A stretch of DNA of 64,000 bases from a plasmid. The DNA lies in the sequence record NZ_CP154590.1; one strand, given 5' to 3'. The notes beneath the pieces were generated by a model that was given only the letters and a program-made list of their open reading frames with translations, was not told the origin of the DNA and did not search any database. Below are positions 50,221 through 59,938 of the stretch, one piece after another. The first letter of the stretch is position 1, and each line of letters opens with the position of its first letter. The position numbers and the translations under genes are program-made.

Positions 50221-51429
50221 ATGATGAAAAAGACTTACATTGCAAAAACACTGATTTCTTCCGCCGTCATGATGGCTTTTCATGCAGGTGCAGCAACCTC
50301 CTACATGGAAGCCCGCAGCGATGCCATGGGGGGGACCGGCGTGGCCTCTGCACACTACGGCACTGCTGCCTTATCCAACCCGGCACTCCTGACAAAGTTT
50401 GGCGCGAATGATGACTTCAGTCTGGTGCTGCCGTCCGTGGGTGTCCAGGTGGCAGACCCCGATAAGGCCATAGATACTGCCGATGACGTGAAAGATCTGT
50501 GGAACAAATTTGACAATGCTGTCGACAGCCAAAGCGGTGTTAGCGAAAGCGCTGCCGCGTTACGAAATAAGCTGGAAGATTTGAAAGATGTGAAGGCAAA
50601 CGGGCAGGTCGGGGCATCTGTTATTGCCACCACCCCAAATAAAGTACTCCCATTTGCTGTTGTCGTGAAATCCTGGGGCACCGTTTCCGTAAATGGCACG
50701 GTCAGCGACCACGATCTGCAATATCTCGACAAAATCGCCAGCGGGGCCATACCGGCGGATGCGGTAGACAAAGATGCACTAACGTCCCGAGCCTATGGTC
50801 GGGCGGCCGTCATCACCGACGTAGGTGTGGCTATGGCGCATGAATTTGAAACGGCAGGACACAGCTGGTCACTGGGCATTACACCCAAGTATCAGCGAAT
50901 CGATCTTTTCAATTACAGCGCAACGGTAAACGACTTCGACAAAAATGACGTGAACTCAGACGATTACCACAACACCAAAACCGGATTTAACGCCGACATC
51001 GGTCTGGCCACAAACCTCGGAGATAACTGGATGCTGGGTCTGGCGGTACAGAACATCATTGCCCGCAGTGTTGACACTAAAGAAGTGAACGGCGAGAAAG
51101 AAACGTTCAAAGTGAAACCTCAAGCCACTGCCGGCGTCGCATGGAGCAACAACGTCCTGACTACCGCACTCGATGTGGATCTGACCGAAGCCAGCCGTTT
51201 TGAGCGAGATGACAAACGCCAGTTCGCCAGTGTAGGGGCTGAGTTGAACGCCTGGAGCTGGATGCAGGTTCGTGCTGGTTATCGCCAGAACATGGTCTCC
51301 AGCGAGGGTAACGCCTTCACCGCGGGTCTGGGCTTCTCACCGTTTGATGTAGTACACCTGGACCTTACCGGTATAGCCGGAACTGATCGTACCTACGGCG
51401 CGGTTGCGCAGTTGCAGTTCACGTTCTGA
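50221..51429 (+). CDS. FadL/OmpP1/TodX-family outer membrane beta-barrel protein (402 aa from MMKKTY).
   Basis: Signal peptide. N-terminal hatch motif ...GGTGVASAHYGTAALSNPALL (the NPA motif of FadL). C-terminal ...QLQFTF. Confidence 0.55.
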   Translation: MMKKTYIAKTLISSAVMMAFHAGAATSYMEARSDAMGGTGVASAHYGTAALSNPALLTKFGANDDFSLVLPSVGVQVADPDKAIDTADDVKDLWNKFDNAVDSQSGVSESAAALRNKLEDLKDVKANGQVGASVIATTPNKVLPFAVVVKSWGTVSVNGTVSDHDLQYLDKIASGAIPADAVDKDALTSRAYGRAAVITDVGVAMAHEFETAGHSWSLGITPKYQRIDLFNYSATVNDFDKNDVNSDDYHNTKTGFNADIGLATNLGDNWMLGLAVQNIIARSVDTKEVNGEKETFKVKPQATAGVAWSNNVLTTALDVDLTEASRFERDDKRQFASVGAELNAWSWMQVRAGYRQNMVSSEGNAFTAGLGFSPFDVVHLDLTGIAGTDRTYGAVAQLQFTF

Positions 51430-51561
51430 TAATCATAGGGAAGCCCGCAATGGGCTTCCTCTGCCGTTTACTTCCGATCAATATCTCTACCGTCTGCAAA
51501 ACTCCGTCTCCTTGAATCTTCTGGCTTTAACCTCAGTCGCCCTCCCGGCAAGGTAACTACT

Positions 51562-52035
51562 ATGAACTACTTAATTCTTCCCGGCGTGCTGGCTATCTCT
51601 CTTCTTGCCGGCTGCCAGCCCTGGATTCCGCCATCGACGCCTCCAGCTTCTGTTTCTCCTGACCGCTACGGCGCAGCATCATCCGTCGCCGTTGCCCGTC
51701 ACACGCAATATCAGATGTGGAATAACGGTCTTTGGTCCGGTTCGAAAATTGCACCATCGCCCATGGAAATCATACGTACCAACAGTGCTGACGTTTCCTT
51801 CGACTGGGAAGGTGATGCTGTGGAGTTGCTGGCTGAACTGGCGCGTGCACGCGGCCTGCAGTTCAACTACAGCGGCGTGCGTCTGCCCTTACCCGTAACG
51901 CTACACGTTCGGGGTATGACGTTCAGCAACGTGCTGCGTGTGATTGAAGCGCAGACAGCATGGCGAGCTACCCTGAATCAGTATCCGGGACTGCTGCAGC
52001 TCAATTTCATGCAACCGGAGACAAGTAAGAAATGA
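51562..52035 (+). CDS. traH: DotD-like lipoprotein (IncI TraH homologue).
   Basis: Lipobox LLAGC, about 157 aa. Order and size match DotD/TraH. Confidence 0.55.
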   Translation: MNYLILPGVLAISLLAGCQPWIPPSTPPASVSPDRYGAASSVAVARHTQYQMWNNGLWSGSKIAPSPMEIIRTNSADVSFDWEGDAVELLAELARARGLQFNYSGVRLPLPVTLHVRGMTFSNVLRVIEAQTAWRATLNQYPGLLQLNFMQPETSKK

Positions 52036-52838
52036 AATATTTTCTCTTATTACTTTTCCCTGCGCTACTCCTGACCGGTTGTGCCGCCGAGCATCCTGCG
52101 CCAACAACTGATGCGAGTGTGCCTCCACCGGATATGCAGGCCTGGCTCAATCCGGAGCGACAAAGACCAGACAGTATTTCCGAAACTCGCTGGCAGATGC
52201 TTACTGATGCCGGCAGAACACTGGGATTTCGGGGGGGTAAATCTCAGCGTGCATGGGAGTTGACCCAGGCGCTAAATGCCCGCGAGTCCACCCTCAATGC
52301 CCTTTACGATTTCCGGCCGCTTATCAGCCCTGAGGGCTGGCTGCCGCCGGTTATCGATGAAGCGCAGGACGTTGCACACATCACTCCTAATCAAATCCGC
52401 ACCGCCTCAAAGGTTTGGACCATTATCCGACCGGAGAGATTTGTCAGTAACCCGCCCAGTTGGCGCAGTTGGTTACTTCGCGGGCTGGCCACCACGGCAA
52501 CCCCGGGCACAGAAGGACTGGTCGTGCCGGAAGACAGCTCTCAGAGAAAGGTATGGGAAGACGCGCTGAAAAAAGGCTGGCAGGAAGGTCGCGCAAATGC
52601 TGACCTGACCCTTGAAGCCAGTATGAATCAGCTCACCCGTGATTATCGGGGCATGATGCTTTACTCCCTGCTCTGGCGTCGGGGCATGATTTCCCGACCG
52701 GAAGTTACCGAACAACAACAGACTGTGACCGGCAGTGGGCAGAAACTCGTTACTGGCGATCGCGTACGCCGACTCAAATCACATGCGTCGTTTGAACTCC
52801 AGAAGTCCCGCTGGCGCCCGTCTGTTACCATTCAGTAA
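52032..52838 (+). CDS. traI: DotC-like lipoprotein (IncI TraI homologue).
   Basis: Lipobox LLTGC, 268 aa, follows the DotD-like gene. Confidence 0.55.
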   Translation: MKYFLLLLFPALLLTGCAAEHPAPTTDASVPPPDMQAWLNPERQRPDSISETRWQMLTDAGRTLGFRGGKSQRAWELTQALNARESTLNALYDFRPLISPEGWLPPVIDEAQDVAHITPNQIRTASKVWTIIRPERFVSNPPSWRSWLLRGLATTATPGTEGLVVPEDSSQRKVWEDALKKGWQEGRANADLTLEASMNQLTRDYRGMMLYSLLWRRGMISRPEVTEQQQTVTGSGQKLVTGDRVRRLKSHASFELQKSRWRPSVTIQ

Positions 52839-52849
52839 GGAGTTTTCTC

Positions 52850-54010
52850 GTGAACACATCTCTTATCCCAGATAAGTTCGGGATTTTTCCATTCAGTGGA
52901 GCCTTCACCGCCGACGAGTTCAGGGCATTTTTTGCCTGGTGCTCAGCACAGGCCGTTAGTGACGTGGACCTGGTCGGTGGCTCTCCAGTTTCTGTTAGTC
53001 GTTATGGTCGGCGTGAGAGAGTCTCCGACACCGTACTGCCGAATACCATGCTCGGCAATATGCTTGATGACCTGCTGGGACCAGAAGTGCGCCCTAGAGT
53101 GCAGGGAGGTAAACCGTCGGACAGAGCCATCCAGATCGACGGTGATATGCACGGGCGTCATGGCCTGAAGCGGGGTGAACGCGTGCGACTGCGCGCACAC
53201 ATTATTCAGGGAACCTCTGCCCGGGAAGAAAAGGCATTATCCGTCACTCTGCGCGTTATCCCACATATCATCCCCGACTTTCTGAAGATGGGTATAGAGC
53301 CTGAACTGGCAGCCTCCATGTTGCCAAAAACAGGGCTGGGTCTCATCTGCGGCGAAACAGGTTCCGGAAAATCAACGCTTCAGGCGGCGTTGTATCGACA
53401 CTGTCAGAACACTCAACCTGACCGCAAGATAGTGACCTACGAAGATCCGGTTGAGTACATTCTTGGCCGTCCCGATGACCTTCTGCCACCGCATCAGGCT
53501 CAGGTAGGCCGTGACGTGGCGAGTTTTGCAGATGGGCTTCGCTCCGCCATGCGCCGTAACCCGGAGGTCATCGGTATCGGGGAGATCCGCGATACTGAAA
53601 CAGCAGAAGCCGCTGTTCAGGCCGGGGAAAGCGGGCACATGACTATCGGGACTCTGCACTCTAAGTCGCCAGGTGAAACCCTGAACCGATTACTTGGTTT
53701 GTTCCCGCCTCAAATTCGAGATGCGCGTGCGTGGGAGCTACTTGGTATGTTGCGTTTCATCGCAGTCCAGGTACTTGTCAAAACGACTGACGGCAAACGT
53801 CGTGCCCTTCGGGAATACATCGTATTCGACGATGACTTACGCGATGCGCTTCAGAATATCCCTTCAGAAAAGTGGCCGGCGTACATCGACACCATTCTGA
53901 GGATGGAAAAACGGCGTATTGTCGATCAGGTGCGGGAAGGTTTCGTAACAGGTGACATAGACAGAGATGAAGCAGCGCTCTATCTGTCAGGTAAGGAACT
54001 CACGCAATGA
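52850..54010 (+). CDS. traJ: DotB/PilT/VirB11-family secretion ATPase (IncI TraJ homologue).
   Basis: Walker A GETGSGKST, Asp box, His box ...GHMTIGTLHS... Confidence 0.8.
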   Translation: MNTSLIPDKFGIFPFSGAFTADEFRAFFAWCSAQAVSDVDLVGGSPVSVSRYGRRERVSDTVLPNTMLGNMLDDLLGPEVRPRVQGGKPSDRAIQIDGDMHGRHGLKRGERVRLRAHIIQGTSAREEKALSVTLRVIPHIIPDFLKMGIEPELAASMLPKTGLGLICGETGSGKSTLQAALYRHCQNTQPDRKIVTYEDPVEYILGRPDDLLPPHQAQVGRDVASFADGLRSAMRRNPEVIGIGEIRDTETAEAAVQAGESGHMTIGTLHSKSPGETLNRLLGLFPPQIRDARAWELLGMLRFIAVQVLVKTTDGKRRALREYIVFDDDLRDALQNIPSEKWPAYIDTILRMEKRRIVDQVREGFVTGDIDRDEAALYLSGKELTQ

Positions 54011-54294
54011 AACGAGAAGGATTCTGGCGTTATGCCACTCCGCCGGTCAGCTTTTTTGGTATTCCGCTGCCGTTCCTGCTGCTGTATCTGATCTGGTTTC
54101 GCTGGCCATCCATGAACACGCTGTATATCTGTTCCGCCATTCTGGGATTCTTTGTTGCACTGAATTTCTTTGGCTGGAGTGTACGTGCCATCTGCCTGCG
54201 CGTGATTAGTACCTTCAGGGGAAAGATTGCCTCCGGTCGCCCCTGGTGGTACCGACACTTCATCGAAACGCCGCGAGACTGGACCGGTCTCTGA
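54007..54294 (+). CDS. traK: IcmT-like small membrane protein (IncI TraK homologue).
   Basis: 95 aa, two TM segments. Overlaps the traJ stop. Confidence 0.5.
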   Translation: MKREGFWRYATPPVSFFGIPLPFLLLYLIWFRWPSMNTLYICSAILGFFVALNFFGWSVRAICLRVISTFRGKIASGRPWWYRHFIETPRDWTGL

Positions 54295-54359
54295 GCCCAG
54301 TCTGACACGCCAGTTCTCCACAGCGCTTACGCGCTTCCCCCTCTATATCTTCCAGGATT

Positions 54360-57300
54360 GTGACCATGCAAAAAAGTCACCGTATATGGCTTGCCGTACC
54401 TCACGAAGAGAAGGACGACGCCATCAATGCCCATCCACGTTTGGATAATGGCCAGAAAGCACTTGAATGGGACAATGAACACCGGCTCTGGTATGCCCGA
54501 CCAGGTGCCGACCTGAACAAGTTCGAACGATGGATGCCCCGACCACACGAACTGTCGATGAATGCAGAAGACCCGGTAACAGAGTTTGCACAAAAACTCG
54601 AAGAAGCAGGGCTGATGGTTAAAGGGCTGCCCGTAATGGATGGCAGCCTTCAGCGTGTACCGACGAAACAGGACAGGAAGGGTTCCAAAAGCGGAGCTTA
54701 CAAAGCATACCTGGACGGGCGCCCTGCCGGATGGTATCGCGATTATCGCAGCGCCGACGCTAAACCAACGCAGTGGGTGTTTTCAGGTGGTGGCGAGATG
54801 GACCCGCTTGCGCGCCTACATCTCCGGGCTCATGCCCAGCAAACCCGTGAAGACAATGCACGTGCTCTTGAGCTGCAGTATAACCGTCAGGCGGAATATG
54901 CCGCCCGATACGTTGACCGGTACCCGCAGGCTACAACAAGCACCTATCTGACCCGCAAGGGAGTAGAGGCCGCTCCGGGTATAAGAATCAACGAAAAACA
55001 AGAGCTTGTTATCCCCTTCAGCAACGCGCATGGCGACATTCGTTCTTACCAGCGTATTCCACTTACCGGTGGGAAAGACGCCCGGATCCTTAAAGACAGT
55101 GAGAAAACAGGTAACTGGTTTGCTCTCGGGACCCCGCAGAATGGCAAGCCGCTGTTGTTTGCTGAAGGATATGCCACAGCAGCCTCCATACATGAGGCAT
55201 CAGGCCTGCCGGTACTGATGACTATTGATGCGGGAAACATGATTGCCGTTGGTCAGAACGCCCGTGCCGTCTGGCCAGACAGTCAATTTATCTTCTGCGC
55301 TGACAACGACCATCAATTAAAAAACCCGCAGACTGGTGAGCCAGAGAATAAGGGCATCCTAAGTGCCACCAAGGCCGCCGAACTGACGAACGGAGAGGTA
55401 ATAGCACCAGCATTTACACCGACGGAGCTTGAACAAAACCTTACTGACTTCAACGATTTAATCCTCAGCAGAGGAAAAGACCTCGCCAGGCATCTCATCA
55501 ATGTTCAGCTTCACGCTATGGGGATAGAAACCCCATTCAACACAAACTCACAAACCCGTAACGCCTTTGTAGAGGGCGGTCTCGTCTTCACCCCTGTTCA
55601 GGAAACTGCTATGGATAATCATGAATCTCCGGATATCGCACATATATCCGATAATGACATCGCCCGTGAACATACCGTCAGTGAGTTGGCCGAGGCCACT
55701 GCAGCAGAAAAACCAGCGACGGGGGCACCAGTGCAGCCTCCGGAAAACCAGGCGTCACATAAAGCCGGGCGTGAAACGATAACTTTGTTTCATGGTTCAC
55801 CTGCAGCCTTCAGTGCCATTGATTCTGAAAAAATAGGATTAGGTCAAAACCTCGTGGGGAGAGGTTTTTATACTGATACGTCTGTTTTAGGCGTGCACTA
55901 TGTAATGGAGGAAATAAATCATAAGGACTATCACGTATATGAATTAGAGATCCCTTCTGAGTCTGTTATTTTAGACCGTTGGGATAATTCCACATTAACA
56001 GAAGAACTGCGGGCACGAATCAGAGAAGCTGGAAATTCGGGGCATCAGCAACTCAATGAAAACGAGAGCATTTCTCGCTCCGAGCTTGGAAATAAACTCG
56101 CTGACAGCAAGGCGATAGATGACACCTTTCTTAACTTCGCCAGCAGCCCTCAGGGGATGAGCATTCTGAAAGAAGCAGGCGTTGATGCATTAAAAGACAA
56201 TAGTTATGTCGCTATTATCAATACGGATTTAATTGATAATATTCGTTTGCGCTCTGCAGGTGGAAATATAAAAGCAGAAATGACGAAATATATAGATAAG
56301 GCATTAAGTAACGTTGCTCAGGATGCATCAAGATTGTCAAATATATTGCAAAAGGAACAGAATCTTTCAATACATTATGAAGCCATCCGTTCTGAACTAA
56401 TAAATCTTACAGTGGCTCAAAACCGGCCCGAAGAAGCTGAAAGATTGACAGCTCTACTTACACATACATTCGTTGAAACTATTGATAGTCCCCCTGATAG
56501 AAAAACAAATATTACCCCCTTAAACCGACTATATGCGGAGGCAATAAGAAGCCTTGACCTGAATCACGATGATAGCGCTGCGCAACTGGGTCGCATTATT
56601 GATAGTGCTGTTGTAAACATAAACCCTGACCAGAAATTCGTTGCTGAACCCAATAAACCAGAGCCGGCAATTCCTGCTAACGAACAGAATCCCGCGCCGA
56701 CTGAGCCGGAACAACCTCAACCTGCAGATGTACGCGATGAGCCATCCCCCATGCCCCCAATAGAATCTGACGTTTTAATTCCTGATACGCAGAGCAACCC
56801 GGATGGGACGCTCGTGACATCTCCCGATGATATCGGTCAGAGTAGCCAGAGCGTCGCCGAAGCAGGATCGTATGCACCGTTACCTGACCTGGATGATTAT
56901 GCAGACATACGCGCGCAAATGGACGACCCACAGTTTGGTGAATGGATGCACAGTCAGTCTGACGACTTACCCCATAAGCCTGCTCAGGAACAATTTACAG
57001 CCCACGAACTGCAGGAAACGGATGAACAGGCTGTAAAACCTGAGGCTGCATTGCATGATAAAAACGCTGAGCCCACGGCGCCGGTCTCGTCTGAATTACC
57101 AATCCCTCCACAGTCCCCCGGAGCACCATTAACCGGGAAAAAACAGGAACAGGCACAGACAGCCAACGCAGATGCAGACATGCCAGAGCTGAATCCAAAC
57201 TGGACGAAAACTGCAGAGAATGAGGTGAATGAAGCGGATGGGCTTGTCTATGGACCGCGAAGACCGGAACCGCTGCAGCGGGAAGATCTGGATAAAATCA

Positions 57301-58853
57301 TCAAAGCCTTGTCAACAGAAGAGCAGCGCGACAACACGGTGCTCTACCGCCTCGACGGGGAAGATGCCTTTCGCGATCTCGGCAACCGCCTCGAAATGTG
57401 TAACGGTGCAAGTCAGGACAAACGAAGGGTACTCGCCGCGCTGGCGGTTGCATCACGCTTTTACGGCGGCGTGGTGGAGCTAACCGGCAGTATGGAGTTT
57501 AAAGAGCAGGCTATGCGGCTCATTATCGAAAATGACCTCGATATCCGCATGAAGTTGCCTGCACAGCGCGCTCAACTTGAGGCACTTCGGCAACAGATGG
57601 GGACGACCAGTGATTCAATCACAACGCATATACCTACGCCAGACCTGAATCGGCAGACACCATCACCTGATGCCGCACCACCACAGTCATCGGCAACAGC
57701 CGCACCTGAAGCTGTTTCCTCTAACGCGCCAGGTACACCAACACCCCCTGCATCACCGAACCCGGTATCACAGGCACAAGAACCCGGCGCGCCTCAGCCG
57801 GCGTTTTCATCCTCTACTGAGGCTGTCGCGTCAAAGGCTGCCGACAGTATCCGGGTCCCGGAAATGCCCGCTGAACCAGCGCCCTCCGCACTGAAGCCAG
57901 GACAAAGCATCACGGCGGTATTGAAAAACTTTGGCGAGGCGACCTACGAAAATAAAGAGAAAAAGGGTGGGAGCTTCTTTATCGAGCTACAGAACCGTGG
58001 AGGGAGTCATACCTACTGGGGGCAGGATTTAAGAGAACTTATCGAAAACCACAAAACCGGTGATGTGGTTACACTGACGCTTAACTCCCGTGACAGCTGG
58101 CATGTACCAGGAGAGGAAAATGGACGCGTAAAAAATAACTGGTCATTGACATCCGCCTCGACGGGCCTTGCCGTGGCGCACGATCGGCCAGAGCAGGGGC
58201 AACCCCTGCAAGTTTTTCCGGTCGATACGTTTGGCCGTCTCACTCAGCAAATCCGTCAGGCCTGGCCCGAGTACACCACAGACCTGAAGTTGCCACCTCG
58301 CCTGGAAGAACGGCAGTTTTATCTGGGTGAAGACAGGCACCCGGTGAAGTCACCGGTAGCTGCAGCAAGCATTTTGCCACCATCCACAGACGCCCCAGAC
58401 AGGTTGATACCCGTTATGGCCTCCATGGACACACAGTCAAACCAGTTAGACCTGCTGCTTGTACAGTCAGCGGGGGAACACCTGCAGGGTATGGTGCGAC
58501 TGGATGGCACACTGTATCCGGCACTGGCCACACCAACTACCGACAATAGTCAGTTGGTTATCAATGCCATCACCGACGACGGCCCCCGCTTTGCGGGTTA
58601 CGGGCAGGCGGTGAATTTCGAACCCGACGGCACCACCCGTGCCGCACCTCAGCTGATGAAGTTCCACCTGAAAGGTCGGGAAGAGGATACACCGCTTCCT
58701 GCCCGACTCTACACACCGGAAAAACAGGCAGACACCCTGTTCCAGCGTCTGGGTTTTGAACAGACCTGGAAACAATGGGATGACGCACGAAAGCCGGAGG
58801 GCAGACAGGAAAAGGCGCTTCATCAGGAACACTCCCACAGCCCCGGCCGCTAA
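54360..58853 (+). CDS. sog: Sog-like conjugative DNA primase (1497 aa) with N-terminal zinc-binding/TOPRIM primase domains, a compositionally foreign central insert, and a long acidic Pro/Ser/Thr-rich disordered C-terminal region.
   Basis: TOPRIM signature ...LLFAEGYATAASIHEASGLPVLMTIDAGNM...FIFCADNDH... Located between traK and traL, exactly as sogL is in IncI1. Confidence 0.8.
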   Translation: MTMQKSHRIWLAVPHEEKDDAINAHPRLDNGQKALEWDNEHRLWYARPGADLNKFERWMPRPHELSMNAEDPVTEFAQKLEEAGLMVKGLPVMDGSLQRVPTKQDRKGSKSGAYKAYLDGRPAGWYRDYRSADAKPTQWVFSGGGEMDPLARLHLRAHAQQTREDNARALELQYNRQAEYAARYVDRYPQATTSTYLTRKGVEAAPGIRINEKQELVIPFSNAHGDIRSYQRIPLTGGKDARILKDSEKTGNWFALGTPQNGKPLLFAEGYATAASIHEASGLPVLMTIDAGNMIAVGQNARAVWPDSQFIFCADNDHQLKNPQTGEPENKGILSATKAAELTNGEVIAPAFTPTELEQNLTDFNDLILSRGKDLARHLINVQLHAMGIETPFNTNSQTRNAFVEGGLVFTPVQETAMDNHESPDIAHISDNDIAREHTVSELAEATAAEKPATGAPVQPPENQASHKAGRETITLFHGSPAAFSAIDSEKIGLGQNLVGRGFYTDTSVLGVHYVMEEINHKDYHVYELEIPSESVILDRWDNSTLTEELRARIREAGNSGHQQLNENESISRSELGNKLADSKAIDDTFLNFASSPQGMSILKEAGVDALKDNSYVAIINTDLIDNIRLRSAGGNIKAEMTKYIDKALSNVAQDASRLSNILQKEQNLSIHYEAIRSELINLTVAQNRPEEAERLTALLTHTFVETIDSPPDRKTNITPLNRLYAEAIRSLDLNHDDSAAQLGRIIDSAVVNINPDQKFVAEPNKPEPAIPANEQNPAPTEPEQPQPADVRDEPSPMPPIESDVLIPDTQSNPDGTLVTSPDDIGQSSQSVAEAGSYAPLPDLDDYADIRAQMDDPQFGEWMHSQSDDLPHKPAQEQFTAHELQETDEQAVKPEAALHDKNAEPTAPVSSELPIPPQSPGAPLTGKKQEQAQTANADADMPELNPNWTKTAENEVNEADGLVYGPRRPEPLQREDLDKIIKALSTEEQRDNTVLYRLDGEDAFRDLGNRLEMCNGASQDKRRVLAALAVASRFYGGVVELTGSMEFKEQAMRLIIENDLDIRMKLPAQRAQLEALRQQMGTTSDSITTHIPTPDLNRQTPSPDAAPPQSSATAAPEAVSSNAPGTPTPPASPNPVSQAQEPGAPQPAFSSSTEAVASKAADSIRVPEMPAEPAPSALKPGQSITAVLKNFGEATYENKEKKGGSFFIELQNRGGSHTYWGQDLRELIENHKTGDVVTLTLNSRDSWHVPGEENGRVKNNWSLTSASTGLAVAHDRPEQGQPLQVFPVDTFGRLTQQIRQAWPEYTTDLKLPPRLEERQFYLGEDRHPVKSPVAAASILPPSTDAPDRLIPVMASMDTQSNQLDLLLVQSAGEHLQGMVRLDGTLYPALATPTTDNSQLVINAITDDGPRFAGYGQAVNFEPDGTTRAAPQLMKFHLKGREEDTPLPARLYTPEKQADTLFQRLGFEQTWKQWDDARKPEGRQEKALHQEHSHSPGR

Positions 58854-58870
58854 GCCGATAAGGAGAGAGA

Positions 58871-59221
58871 ATGCGATATCACATGCTTAAAGCCGGACTC
58901 CTGTCCGGCTTCTTGCTTTTTTCTACCACCGCTGCGGCGGCGACCTGCCGAGCAGGAAGTGCCGCTGAAGCGGGTAGTCAGGCTGGTTATGAGCGAGCCA
59001 GGGCGGCCGCAACAGCCTGGGAACAACGCGAAAGCAATGTCTCATCCTCCCTGCAGTCCTGTCTGTCCCGTATCAAGAGCGTCAAAGTGAGCCTGCCGCA
59101 ATTCCCCGGGCTCGATGACATCATTTCTCAACTGGAAAATAAGGTCTGCGAAGCTGCCCTTGATAAGGTCAACGAACAGATTCCAGACAACATCGATCCC
59201 TGGAAAAACTTCAACTCCTGA
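58871..59221 (+). CDS. traL: Small exported protein (IncI TraL position).
   Basis: Signal peptide, 116 aa. Confidence 0.4.
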   Translation: MRYHMLKAGLLSGFLLFSTTAAAATCRAGSAAEAGSQAGYERARAAATAWEQRESNVSSSLQSCLSRIKSVKVSLPQFPGLDDIISQLENKVCEAALDKVNEQIPDNIDPWKNFNS

Positions 59222-59226
59222 AACCT

Positions 59227-59928
59227 ATGACAAAACTGACTCAACCGGCCCCCCCTGCAAAGGGGCGGGCCTCCTCCCCTGCGGAGGATCCACTGAACGA
59301 TGCTGTGAAAATGATGATCACGGCAGAAAAACGCCAGAAAATGGCACCAGAGCTGATGAAAAGTAATCTCCGGCTGGGGACTGGTCTACTTATCAGCATA
59401 ATCCTCAACGCCGGTTTAACCTGGGCTCTGATACAACAGCCACGAGATTACTTTGCCACCGACAGCGGACGCCTGATTCGCCTGGCTCCCACATCCGAAC
59501 CAGCATGGAGCCAGGACGATGCAATCGCCTTTGGCAGCAAGGCTCTGATGCGGGCCTTTAACCTGGACTTCGTTCACTATCGTGAGCAGGTATCTTCTAC
59601 GGCCTCGCTGTTCTCTGAAGAAGGGCACGCCAGTTACATCCAGGCACTCACTAACTCCAATATCTATGATGCCCTGAAGCGTGAACGTATGAACCTTACC
59701 GGCTCCGTTGGGGCTGGTGTCGTCATCCGGCGTGGACGCCTGTCTGATGGAACCTGGTTCTGGACTATGCAATATCCGGTACGTCTGCGTCTGGTTGGTC
59801 AGACAACCAGCAAGCCCGAACAACCTTTTGTTTTCGAAATCACCATCCAGCGCGTAGATCCACGACAGAAACCTGTCGGGATGGAAATCCGCCAGATGAT
59901 CTCACGCAACGCCCCCCGCAACCTCTGA
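59227..59928 (+). CDS. traM: DotI/IcmL-like protein (IncI TraM homologue).
   Basis: Single N-terminal TM segment, about 230 aa. Order matches R64 traM. Confidence 0.55.
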   Translation: MTKLTQPAPPAKGRASSPAEDPLNDAVKMMITAEKRQKMAPELMKSNLRLGTGLLISIILNAGLTWALIQQPRDYFATDSGRLIRLAPTSEPAWSQDDAIAFGSKALMRAFNLDFVHYREQVSSTASLFSEEGHASYIQALTNSNIYDALKRERMNLTGSVGAGVVIRRGRLSDGTWFWTMQYPVRLRLVGQTTSKPEQPFVFEITIQRVDPRQKPVGMEIRQMISRNAPRNL

Positions 59929-59938
59929 GGCTCCCGCC

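Noticed and set aside
55790-56690. Possibility that the AT-rich block in sog is an intein, a group II intron or a separate inserted gene.
   Set aside because: The reading frame is continuous with no stop and no intein splice-junction residues. There are no intron-encoded ORFs or structured ends, and only tiny antisense ORFs. It is treated as an in-frame domain acquisition.
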